A DNA stretch of 59,036 bases, filler included, from Basidiobolus ranarum (Eukaryota): NCBI GenBank assembly GCA_040143965.1. It is 7 parts of 7 records of this genome, joined end to end, with 100 filler letters (N's around TTAATTAATTAA, not from the genome) between each part and the next. Parts side by side here need not be neighbours in the genome. Positions count along the whole stretch, not along the records: positions 25,384 to 33,726 come from JASJQH010007856.1; positions 33,827 to 42,166 come from JASJQH010007857.1; 5 more parts are not named here. One strand, written 5' to 3'. Position 1 is the stretch's first letter, and each line of letters begins with the position of its first letter. The notes beneath the pieces were generated by a model, which had not been told where the DNA came from, ran no database searches, and was given only the letters and a program-made list of their open reading frames with translations. The translations under genes were made by a program, and so were the position numbers. Positions 25,656 through 36,512 of this stretch are shown piece after piece.

Positions 25656-28600
25656 TTGTGTACGTACATTTTCCTGAGCGGAACAAATGAGAGTAATTGT
25701 ATATCAGGAGTAAATATACTTTCCCAAAAGTAGATCATATATATAAAATATGTATAAGCAACTACGGATACTGTGACTCTACTATCGTATTTACAAATGA
25801 AAACGCCTCAACAAAGGTGAAACACTATAGCCAAGAATTTACACACGCATGTAATATAATATACTATTTATGTACCAGTTGCTAGAACTCTTCACATTTA
25901 CAACCTTAAACTCAGAAAATATTCCAAAACTGTACAAACCTTTTCCACAACTTTCTGAACATCAACACCTGTATTAGCTACTAAACTCCAACTGTAGATT
26001 GTCCCATTTTTCCAACTACAACAAACAAGTTGTGAAGTTGCTCTGAAGTCAATTTTATAGAAAAAGAAATACAAATGGAAAGTTCTGGTATCTTATTTGA
26101 GTACACCTTTGCTATTTCAGAGAAACTCACCAATCCTTCATTGATCATCCACGTGTGTTGAAGGAGAAATCTGACTTGAAAAAGAAAGCTATGCCGCATG
26201 TACAATTTGGAGTTTTGCAAAATTGAATGGAATAGTTGGCATGAACTTTCTTTGTCCAATTCGATATATGTATGACAGACAGAGTGAGACCCAGTAGCTA
26301 GATGACAGTGAACACAGTATAAGTCAATTAAAACTGTCGTCATTAGAGCGGTTCTAATTTATCACCAATATCAGTATCCAGAGATAAGATACCTATTGTC
26401 AATCCATCTATTATCAATAAGATCATCTCGCTACAGCAAGTTTAAGGCCTGTAATCGTCAAATCCGGGATTTTCTGTAATACCTCCCTCGAAATATCCAA
26501 GTTGGTCGTGAGCCATGTCAGATATTTGTAGACGCATTGAAAAACTGTTTGCAGCCTGCCATTCGATAATTGGAACTCTCGAAAGGCCAATGATTAACAC
26601 TGAAATCAGAGAATTAATTCATGCTTAATTCCCATTTCCCCATTAAGTAATCGATAAGTAGTGGATTAGTTGATTGGTGGACAGCACCCACCCTTGATAA
26701 AAGTCTAAATCAATTGGTTTTAGTTAAACCTGTAAAACTAACTTAACATCAAACAACTTGACAGCACTCGTTGGAGGTTGCGATATCGATTTAGATAATG
26801 AACTAATCGGTGACCGTTTCAACCCATCATGACTTCTACTGAATACATTAATCCTTTACAACTCCTGTTGAAGTACTATAAGCCAGATAGCCCGGTAACA
26901 AAATTGAGGGTTGTTGCTTATGACGACTCTACGAATCTGACGTACCATGGTAGATGACTATTATAAAAAAATCAACGTTCAAGGTATTCGAGATATTAAC
27001 AACATTGAAGTGCCAAGTCACAAATAAAATGCTCTCAACTTACCGCGGTGTACTATACTATCAACTGACCAGGATATATTAGCGTGTCGAGAAGCCCCTC
27101 AAATATTATCACCCTGATATATTTTCATAGAGTTGTTACTAGAGATTGGATATAATTTCCAAAAAGCCAATAAAGGCCTGCTTCTTATATTGTTATTTAG
27201 AACTTACAAGTGGCTGAGTTATGACCTCCACGTTCAGTCTATTCAGACTTCTAACTTGCGTGGATATGGACCATGCATTATATTCCCAAGGTATGTACGG
27301 CGCCATTTCTTTATCTACACACGTTGGAAATGAAATATAAGCATTTACCTGGAGTATGAATGCATTTTTCTGATCTAGTTAACTCTAGGAAAGCTAGATT
27401 CAATATCTATCGTTATGTTGGCTCTGCCTTCAGAATTTGAGGCTAGGATGTTCGATATACCAATACATACATAGTCCTCGGTGATTACAGGTCTACTCTC
27501 CAATGAAAGCAAAGTCGAATTCTCCGATGCAGACCAATCAACACTCTCTATGTGCTACTCTTACTATTCGCGTCAGCATTGAGCAAGGTTTCCGAAACTA
27601 ATTAAACCTAGATCGGTACCTTCATGTTTAAGTATGAGACACAGGCTCTGCTGAAATTTTGGATATCAGGTTATGTGATGAGTGGAAGGTGAAGCGATAC
27701 TCCAACCCAAAGCGGGCCTTCGTACATGCAAAGTGATATTCGTAGAAACGACCCAATGCCAAACTGACCTTGCTGCATTGTAGGCCATACACTACGCAAC
27801 ATCACTCGAGCCCCCACATTGTTTACCTCCAGATGGCTGGTCATAAGTATATCAAGAGCCATCTAGGGTATGAAGCTGCATGGATGGCTTGGTAATTAGC
27901 TTCGAGTCTAAACTGGTTGGAGCTTCGTAGGCAAAATCAATGCCCTTTTGCTACATTTTTAAGGTTGACCTGCTTAATCGGTGATAATGACGTGGCTTTC
28001 ATTTATTTTTAGTCTTGCAGTTGCGAATCAGATGAGCCCCAAACCATTGAACATAATTTCTATTGTCTTCTCCAGCATATCAATACCTGAACTGAACTTG
28101 AAACCCTTCAAGTCACCGCTGGCTCTTTTAATAAAGCTTAATTGTGACTCTATACTGATCCCTGTATTTATTCAGAAACTTTGACACCATTCGTACCAAT
28201 GGCTTGTAGTAGGGACAGTGATCTTTCAATTAACAGCTAGTGTCACTGATGGCACAAATACAGGGTGTATACGCAGTTCACGATATTGGTCGCACCGGTG
28301 ATACATATCATACTCTTCATTCCATTGTGTTGCCCAATCGCCATCAGAGAATTCACAATCAATGTATTTGTGCAGAGGATGCTTTCGAAAGCGGTCAAAC
28401 CGATGAATTGGACTACCCCGATTTGACAAACAAACGTGAGCAGCGTGGCATCAAGAGATTCGACGCAGGTAGCCCACTTATTATCAGCATCAGTATTCCC
28501 TCTCACCCAGAGGACTAATGAGCATCTTCAGAAGCGTTAGTTAGTTCGATGCCTTTCTCACAGCTTCGTCTGTAGAAGGTTCGTGAACGGATCATTCCTG

Positions 28601-30165
28601 AACACTAGCGAAGAGAGTTATTGGTCGGTGATGGTGAGATATCTCAGAAATGCCTGGAGGTTCTTGCCATGACAGGAAATTAACTAATCTGCTCAAGCTC
28701 CGGGTATATAGCAATTATGGGAATCTCCAGTTTTATTGGATTGCCTCATCTCCACCAAAAGCACTAGAGCCATCAGCAAACTATATGCACCACTACACTA
28801 GATGTACACTAAATCCGGATCCGGATCAGTTGTGGAGAGCAAGTTTGGCTTCAAGAGCATTGGGACTCAAAGACGGCTTATTCTTACGAGGGACTTGGGT
28901 AGGATTGGATATGGTTGCACCTGGCATCTCGAAGTTAGTGCTTAGCCAAGAAAGACCTCCAATGACAAGTTTTTTAGACCAATGCCCGGTACCAAGCTAA
29001 TATCAGCGTTAGAACATACGGATTTCCATATTGGCCAATGATGAACGCGTCATTATCCCAGACAGGGATTTGACTGAAATTCATCACAATGCGTGCATTC
29101 TGGTAAATTCTCACGAAACTGGGGGATTATTAATGGATAGCTATTTGTATCATCGCTCAGTATTATTATTCCATGTACTCCCCTGATCAAAGGCCACCAT
29201 TTGCTGCAACATGGGGAGCCGACGAATATGCATGGAATTGGGCGAGTTGCGCATCATTCTGCATCCAGATCATTGACAAAACGCGATGTTATTGAGAATG
29301 GCTCTGACTAATAGTTACCAACGCTAGATGGAATTCTTCCTTAATCCTGATTGGAAAGCTGGCACTAATAAAGTAAGGGGTATGATTTTCGAACATTCTA
29401 TCAGTATAAGTAAAGATTATCCGTATTCTAATTCTATAATGGTGCCTATGTATCTCACACATAAATTAACGTAGTCTTTAAATCCTTGATAGCCCTAACG
29501 AATCCATTTGTTTGAACTATCCCTAATGATCATGCACTATTACCTCAGTCTTCCTGATTTGGATCTGAATAAAAGTTGTGAGCTGGATTAGGTGAAAGCC
29601 ATGGGCCCTAAATGAGAAAATGGGATAGTGGCAAGCCCTGATGGTTGGTCAATAGTATCCCAAGTACTGAGGATCAGTATTATTCCTTCGAGGCTAGTGA
29701 TCCCTGACTCACCCTGGCTGATCCTGGGAATCATGTAGAATCATTGGTTTAGCTAAGGCATTGGTTCGACGATGAATTTTTTTCGGTACGCCTGGGATTA
29801 GGGTTGGCGATTCTAATAAATACCTGGACCCTCCTGCTTCAAAAGTTGTAGGTAGAGCATTGCGAAACCATCTCTTCCAACTACCCTCCCCTCATCTGAC
29901 CCAAGCCTTCCTAGGTTGACCTTAGCGACATCTTAGCGTGTATTTAATTCATTGTCATATCAAACCACTATCAAACTGTTCCTGAATTTATACGCAATTA
30001 TCTCGTAACTCTGCTGAGTACGTTGTAAATATATCGATTTTACATCGAACCAACGTCAATAGAAATCCTGTGCACCTGATAAGCCCGTCGCACGTAACGC
30101 TGTAAATACCACATCATTCTCATTTTTGCCCTTATCAACATCCCAGATATTTATCCTGCATCACA

Positions 30166-31182
30166 ATGCAATCCTTCGACTTTGCTGCACACCCTGTACC
30201 AGAGACGGTCGCGTTACTTGCAGAGTATCTAACCAACATTGCCCAATCCAACGATAGGAATATCGTGCATTGCTATGATGCAGCAACGGGCGCTCCATAT
30301 TGTCCTGCATACACTCCTTTTCACGCCCGTGGCATTCCTTCCATTGATATTCAAGCCTATTTGACACGCATTTTAAAGTACTGCTCTTGCTCGAATGATT
30401 GCCTGATCGCTATCGTGGTCTATTTTGAGCGCTTAGTCAATCAAGGTGAGGGTCTAGCTGGGCGCCAGTTTGCCCTTGACTCTTACAATATTCATCGTTT
30501 GGTCATTGTCGCCATCATGGTTGCGACCAAATTTTTCTCCGATGTATTTTACACCAATGTTCGATATTCGAAAGTTGGCGGATTGTCGGTTTCGGAATTG
30601 AATTTTTTGGAAATGCAATTCCTTACCTTACATGACTTTAATATTCACGTTAGCTCTGATGAATTGCAATATTTCGCCGACTGTTTATTGAACAAAACCA
30701 AGCCAGCCGTAAACATGGTTACTCCTGAACTGGAAGCCCCTCAATTCTCCATCTCCAGTATGGATTCGGGTGCCGTGCAAACTTGGACACCTCCTACCAC
30801 TCCCACTCCATCCGATGAGTCCACCCCCATCATCTTCAACTCGAATGAGTTCAAGAATGCCTGTCAAATGAGTAAAAGCTTCTCCTCAGCTGACTTGGTG
30901 ATTCCAGGTAAAAAGGGCCGGACCGAGTCAGGTATTGAGATGATTATTCATCGTTCTAGCTCGATACAAGCTACGTCGAAGAATCAGTACTCGTGCTCAG
31001 TTCCGCTGATACCACAGCCGAACTCGGCCATCCGAAATCCGATAGTAAGTACAGAGCATGGTAAATCTATAGATATGTTGTTTAAGAAATCAAGTATTCA
31101 AAGCGGCCGAACATATGACTCCAATCTGAGTAATATTTTCAGTTCTACGAATGGAAATGTTCATGCATTGAAGTCTTGGTAG
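30166..31182 (+). CDS. Pho85-type cyclin (Pho80/Pcl6/Pcl7 family)
   Basis: Cyclin box TPFHARGIPSIDIQAYLTRILKYC...NIHRLVIVAIMVATKFFSDVFYTNVRYSKVGGLSVSELNFLEMQFL, followed by a low-complexity C-terminus. Confidence 0.93.
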   Translation: MQSFDFAAHPVPETVALLAEYLTNIAQSNDRNIVHCYDAATGAPYCPAYTPFHARGIPSIDIQAYLTRILKYCSCSNDCLIAIVVYFERLVNQGEGLAGRQFALDSYNIHRLVIVAIMVATKFFSDVFYTNVRYSKVGGLSVSELNFLEMQFLTLHDFNIHVSSDELQYFADCLLNKTKPAVNMVTPELEAPQFSISSMDSGAVQTWTPPTTPTPSDESTPIIFNSNEFKNACQMSKSFSSADLVIPGKKGRTESGIEMIIHRSSSIQATSKNQYSCSVPLIPQPNSAIRNPIVSTEHGKSIDMLFKKSSIQSGRTYDSNLSNIFSSTNGNVHALKSW

Positions 31183-33196
31183 ATTATCTTCACATCTGTA
31201 GAATCCTCATACCATTTTTGTTCTGATTACTCGCCTTTCAATAGTGATGAATCAATCCTCTGTCCACATGGTGAACAGAGTTTTATACACATCTTCCACT
31301 ATCCTAATTCTAACTAATAAAACCATTGGATCTTATGGAATCGGTGATGAGATTCAGGAATAGAAGGTTCATTGATTACTGGTGTAGTTTTCCAGTAATC
31401 TGAGGATTGAAGATAAAGATATTGGTAGCTTGATGTATTGATCAAGCTCCGCAGGACAGCAACTGCAGTAAATGTATCTTTATTTTATGGACCTTCCAAT
31501 GTGGAGGGCACCTCATCAATATCCTACTCACTCTGGTCTCAATCATTCGCCATACTCCTAGCACGATGTGGTCGTCTTTTAGCTCGATCACTGTGGTGCG
31601 GTAACCCAAGTGGGCTGGTGCACTACGGGGCACTCAAGAAGACAACAATCCCCGTCGATATGCAGCCCATCTAGATCTGGTGGTTTGGATTGAAGAGAAA
31701 TCTATTCGTTACCACCTTGACGTGGCAATCAATATCAACGCGTAGATTCGAAGAAACCCCTCCGATCATATATGTACAGATATTCTGTATGGCATGCAGT
31801 GTGCATAAGTCAATGACGACGACATTTAATACATTTATGGCTTCATTGGAGCGAATATGCGGGAGTATATTGAATGCGTTAGTTCGAATTCCATTCTTGT
31901 TTATCATCAGCAAGTGCTTGAGAACGGAAAGGTAAAGTAAATTGGATTGCGTAGGCCATACGGTGATGTAGTAAACATAATTGAAATTCACCGATCTATT
32001 GGGACGACCTACAATATTCCTTGTGAATTTCGGGTTGCGCTCTGACTCGTTTGCAATCCATCTATCCCAGTTGACTTGCTTGAGGTGTCATTATGAATTT
32101 CAGAAAATTGCGAAAGAGATGTTATATTATGGAGAACAAGGCTAAGTATCATGTAGGTGTGATTTTCAACGGTCATGTTACATCTTGAATCCTACCCCAC
32201 ATCAACGTGATAGACTTTGCCAATGAAAGGTTGAACATCTCTTTGGTAGCACCAATCACTATCATGAGAAAGAAATCTCACTAATTGTGACCTATAAGGA
32301 TCACAAAGCCTAGGTGGCAAAAGAATGGTGGCATCCGAGAAATCTGATTGCAATATTGTAACGATTGACTCTAGATGTCCACGTGAGAATGGGACAAATG
32401 AAACCTCAAAATCAAGTTATATGATGGTGTCGAGGTGATTCGATTCAAACGTCAAACCTCTTTCTACCAATCTTCTGAGCATCTTGTAGGTTTACTATAT
32501 TACAAATATCATCGAATCAGTGCATTTTCAGTACATGTTATATAGGTGAGTTATACTTGGGAATAATTTTGGAAAAAAATAACCAAGAAACTGTGTTGGT
32601 AAGATGCATCTTGCCAAGTAGTCAAAGGGACGAATTAGGAAATACGTTTCTGAATATATAATTTTTAAAGAATGAGTAATGTGAAGATGATGAGTTTGGA
32701 AGACATGCCTCAGTTTTGTGGAGAATGAAGCTTTTGTTATTGGCACCTGGCCTATTGGTCTAAGGTTCTTGCTCCCTACTAACAGGAAATAAGTCTTCTA
32801 TTGATTCTCTCCAGGCTATTACACAGTTGATCTATGACAAACTACATCATAACAGAGTATGGACAAGAATGGTAGCATGATTAAATTCTTAAAAACAAGT
32901 TGTCACTAAGAGATATTAGATAGTGAAAAAGCACCACTGAGGTATCATATGTACATTTGAGTTGTGTAAGCAAACCAAGATGAGTATTCATTGCATAAGC
33001 AGCAATGGATGAAATGTCAGAAGAATTGGAGATATTGGCCAAAGAAAAAGCAAGGCACAGAGATCAATGTAGTTACATATCTAACAAATGTCCCATAGAA
33101 TGAATATCAAAGAATATGCTCTGAAGATAAGGTATATTCCTTTGAATATTCTATTTCCAAACATCACTTCAGTTGTGATGAAAATATTATGTATAC

Positions 33197-33726
33197 TATT
33201 AAAGTGCTTGGGAGCCTGTTGGTGGTTTTCATTAATTGATTTATTGAGTGGAAAGATGACATTTATAGACTTGTCAAGATGTAAACAAACTAACATGTAG
33301 AATGTGTTAAGAAAGGTCCCAGAAACATGTGTGCAAGGTTTGGGGCTTCTAGCACAAGTTTGAAAAGTCTATATATCTGAGAACTTCTGAGTTGGTAAAA
33401 GATCTTCTGAGTAAATTCCAATTGAGAATAATGGGTAATATCTTAGTGAAATATAAGATAACTAAGTACTAAGCTATATATGACTATATAGGTGTTTAGG
33501 CAATGCTAATTTCAACACTCTCCCTTAACTAAATAGTATTATAACTAATCTTAAGGAAGTTCAAAATTTCACAAATTTCTGTATAGCTAATTGTTTGGTT
33601 AATTTATCAGCAAGCATGTCTTCATTAGAAAAATAAGTTAAGCCAATAAACTTATTCTCTACAGTCTCTCTAATGAAATGATGTCTAATATCTATATGTT
33701 TGCTTCTATTATGAAACATGGAATTA
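33197..33726 (-). mobile_element. Ty1/Copia 3' end: RNase H fragment, PPT and 3' LTR (33197-33517)
   Basis: The minus strand reads NSMFHNRSKHIDIRHHFIRETVENK...EDMLADKLTKQL. PPT (+ strand CTCTCCCTTAA at 33518) abuts the LTR. Confidence 0.93.
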
Positions 33727-33826
33727 NNNNNNNNNNNNNNNNNNNNNNNNNNNNNNNNNNNNNNNNNNNNTTAATTAATTAANNNNNNNNNNNNNNNNNN
33801 NNNNNNNNNNNNNNNNNNNNNNNNNN
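33727..33826. other. Artificial contig linker
   Basis: N44-TTAATTAATTAA-N44. Confidence 0.98.
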
Positions 33827-34419
33827 GCAAGGCCGGTTTCAGTAACGGCAGCCACGAGATCTGTCGTGTTTACAATATTTCCTAGTTTGTAAACAACCAA
33901 GATAACAATAACGGCCATAAGATGTAATACTCCTTTTTAAAGAAAGTATTAGAAATATGTTAGTTGAACTGATCACATAAAAGTAATGATATTTGGATAA
34001 ACACATAAATAGTCCATTCATACCGTCAAAGAACATCCCTATGCAGGCAATTCTAGTAGCACAACGCAAATTCCACTCTAGCAAACGACTTAACATTGCA
34101 AAATATGACATTAAATGGAAAATGAAAGCTACTCCAAGGATGAGGGTCAACTCTGAATATTTCGGAGTGAATAAGTTGAGTGTATCCTATACAACGAATT
34201 AGGAGCGGATTACCAAAACTTACCAGTAGGTTCGATAACGAAGTTATCTGCACTCCCCATGTGAAAGGAACTGATAAGTGGAGCCAAGCTCACCAAAAAC
34301 GATACCGGCGTTAGCCAACCAACTAACAAGATAATCCTAGACCTACGAAAGCTGTTTGTCCTTCGCAGATATTCGGAAATCTTGTTAGTCTGTGAGGGTG
34401 TTTCTTCCATATTCGCCAT
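33827..34419 (-). CDS. 5' part of a spliced multi-pass membrane protein, possibly a TOK-type K+ channel N-terminus; apparent frameshift in exon 1
   Basis: Three hydrophobic segments across GT..AG introns: IILLVGWLTPVSFLVSLAP; LILGVAFIFHLMSYFAMLSRLLEW...ATRIACIG; VLHLMAVIVILVVY. The 'L.R.LE....T' stretch recalls fungal TOK1. No pore GYG motif is visible because the contig ends. Confidence 0.35.
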
Positions 34420-34835
34420 CAAAACCCACAGTATAACAAGAAAGCCAATATAAGATTCACTGGTGTGAACGTCGAGTTGAGGAGGATTTGAAGGTGACAC
34501 TGCAAGCTAGCTAATATTTTAAACTTGAAAGTATAAATTTTTATTGGCCAATACTTTGCAGACTACAAGAAATATAAGGTTTGTAATGAATTTGATCAGA
34601 CGTATGAGGATCATCTACTATATATTTATATTAATATCCCCAGGCAAATGGTTGCACATATGATATAGTTTCAAATAACTTACTACATTAAATAACTACA
34701 TATATCCGAATACATACTTTATTGAAATTACTGAGGTTCGGTTTAGCATACATGGTGATACCAAGCCATTGCCATCATATTACTCTACGTTCCAAGGATT
34801 TAATCTAGCCTCAACACATAACTTATAAATGAATG

Positions 34836-34854
34836 TATATATATATATATATAT
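34836..34854. repeat. (TA)n microsatellite
   Basis: tatatatatatatatatat. Confidence 0.9.
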
Positions 34855-35227
34855 TCTCAATCATTCGATTAGTCTGATACTGACTCAAATACCCTGCTGA
34901 CGGGTATTGTTTGTGTCACACGTGGTTCGTATATTAACTCTAACTAGAGAAATCAAGATTCGTTTTATGGACAAAGTACCCCCAAACCCGTATTCTAAAA
35001 GCTTAGTTTATTGTTATTGCCTGTCAAAATTAAAGATTTGAAGTATTTAGTGAAACATACTGACAATAACGACTAATGGTCCATTGACAGACATGTCCAA
35101 GCATATACTGAATTACTAAGAGTGTTGAGCAATAAATGTACACACTATTAAATAGCATAAATTCTATGGGTATTAAATAAAGGAAACTCCTCAAAAAAAC
35201 AGGTATCTAACATAAACTAGTATTGAA

Positions 35228-36457
35228 CTAGCCGATATGATACAATCCAAGAGCTGCTATTACTATCATTCCATAGAATAAGCCATTGATAACAGTCAAA
35301 GCAGGCTTGGCCTGTGACAACATCTTAATTCGGGCCACCCAGTCATTGTTGCTTTCTGTGGATGCAACCTTGTTCGAAAGAATCTCCTCCAAGTATACCT
35401 TGGACTGAACACCTTTCTTGAAACGTGCAGATTCTATGCTCCAATCCATGTTACCACGGCACCATGCTTCCAGAACGATTATATACTGAGCAACATCTTT
35501 CTTTACCTGAGCTGGGTAACCAGCTACCATCTTTTCGACTGCAGCTTTGGTTTCAAAAAAGTCTTCCATCTCCTTGTTTACCATATGCTCCACCACCTTG
35601 ACCGATTCGTCGATTGATATACCTTTCACCTGGTTGAGTACCATGACTAGATTGTGAATATCTCCATTTTCGTACTCCTTTTCGAAAGAGTAAATATCGT
35701 TTACCCAGCAGACAACATTGATGCACTGGTCTCTAAGAGTGTCAATAAGTTCACAAGTATAAATCTCCTTAGGTAGGGAAATCTCTTCGATGAACTCGAT
35801 CGCTTCCAAACACAGTCTCATGCTTCCTGAATCTTGTCGGTTCTTGATGTAGGTTTCAACATCTGGGTATCTGGTCATTTGTCTCATGTCACACTCGAAG
35901 ATATAGGCGTTCAAATACTTAATGAACTTGGAGGTCACGTTTTCTTGGAGTTCTACACTCGTAGTTTGACAAAATTCCACCCAGAGTTCAGATAAAGAGA
36001 TGTAAATAGGGGAGTCCTGGACTTGGGCCATTTGTTCAGCGAAACTCTCAGTTATCTTTCCTTCTTTCTCGTTTTGCATAAGGGACTCAACATTCTGAGC
36101 ATATTCCGAGGTTACTCTTTTTGTTTCGCTCGTGTTGAATATATTTAGCAAGGCTATGAAAATTATATACATCTGGATTTTATCTTGACCAAGTTCGCTG
36201 TCGTCGAATTGATCATCAAACATAAAAAGCCAAGAAAAAAGCTTAGCAATCCATAACATTCGATCATACTTAACGGTTATGTGGACGCGACAAGCTAGAT
36301 TTGTTAATTTTGACCGGACGAGTCTTTCCACAGCTTCTTTGCCTCGAATAAGTTGTTTCTGTGTCAACCATTCAACTGTCTCTCTCTCTATCTCCTTGTA
36401 TTCAGGAGACAATGAAGTAGGAGGAAGAAAATCGAAATCTCGAATAGCTATCTTCAT
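35228..36457 (-). CDS. Class I terpene synthase/cyclase (microbial, bacterial-type single domain) with C-terminal hydrophobic tail
   Basis: Motifs DDQFD (DDxxD), RQDSG, NDIYSFEKE (NSE), HNLV and WSIESARF (WxxxxxRY-like); intronless. The likely start is ATG 36457 (MKIAIRDF), ~50 nt downstream of a TATATAAA. Confidence 0.93.
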   Translation of the reverse strand: MKIAIRDFDFLPPTSLSPEYKEIERETVEWLTQKQLIRGKEAVERLVRSKLTNLACRVHITVKYDRMLWIAKLFSWLFMFDDQFDDSELGQDKIQMYIIFIALLNIFNTSETKRVTSEYAQNVESLMQNEKEGKITESFAEQMAQVQDSPIYISLSELWVEFCQTTSVELQENVTSKFIKYLNAYIFECDMRQMTRYPDVETYIKNRQDSGSMRLCLEAIEFIEEISLPKEIYTCELIDTLRDQCINVVCWVNDIYSFEKEYENGDIHNLVMVLNQVKGISIDESVKVVEHMVNKEMEDFFETKAAVEKMVAGYPAQVKKDVAQYIIVLEAWCRGNMDWSIESARFKKGVQSKVYLEEILSNKVASTESNNDWVARIKMLSQAKPALTVINGLFYGMIVIAALGLYHIG

Positions 36458-36504
36458 TAGGAATTGATTTTTTAACAGACGAGTATTTCTCGACGGAGGA
36501 ACAT

Positions 36505-36512
36505 TTATATAA
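36505..36512 (-). promoter_or_regulatory. Candidate TATA box of the terpene synthase
   Basis: TATATAAA on the minus strand ~50 nt upstream of ATG 36457. Confidence 0.45.

Noticed and set aside
28226-28518. Three overlapping short ORFs, possibly an exon of a small secreted protein
   Set aside because: I could not build a consistent start or splice model or recognise any motif.
29745-29785. GGTTCGA B-box-like motif followed by a T run (possible tRNA or Pol III gene)
   Set aside because: No cloverleaf or convincing A-box could be formed.
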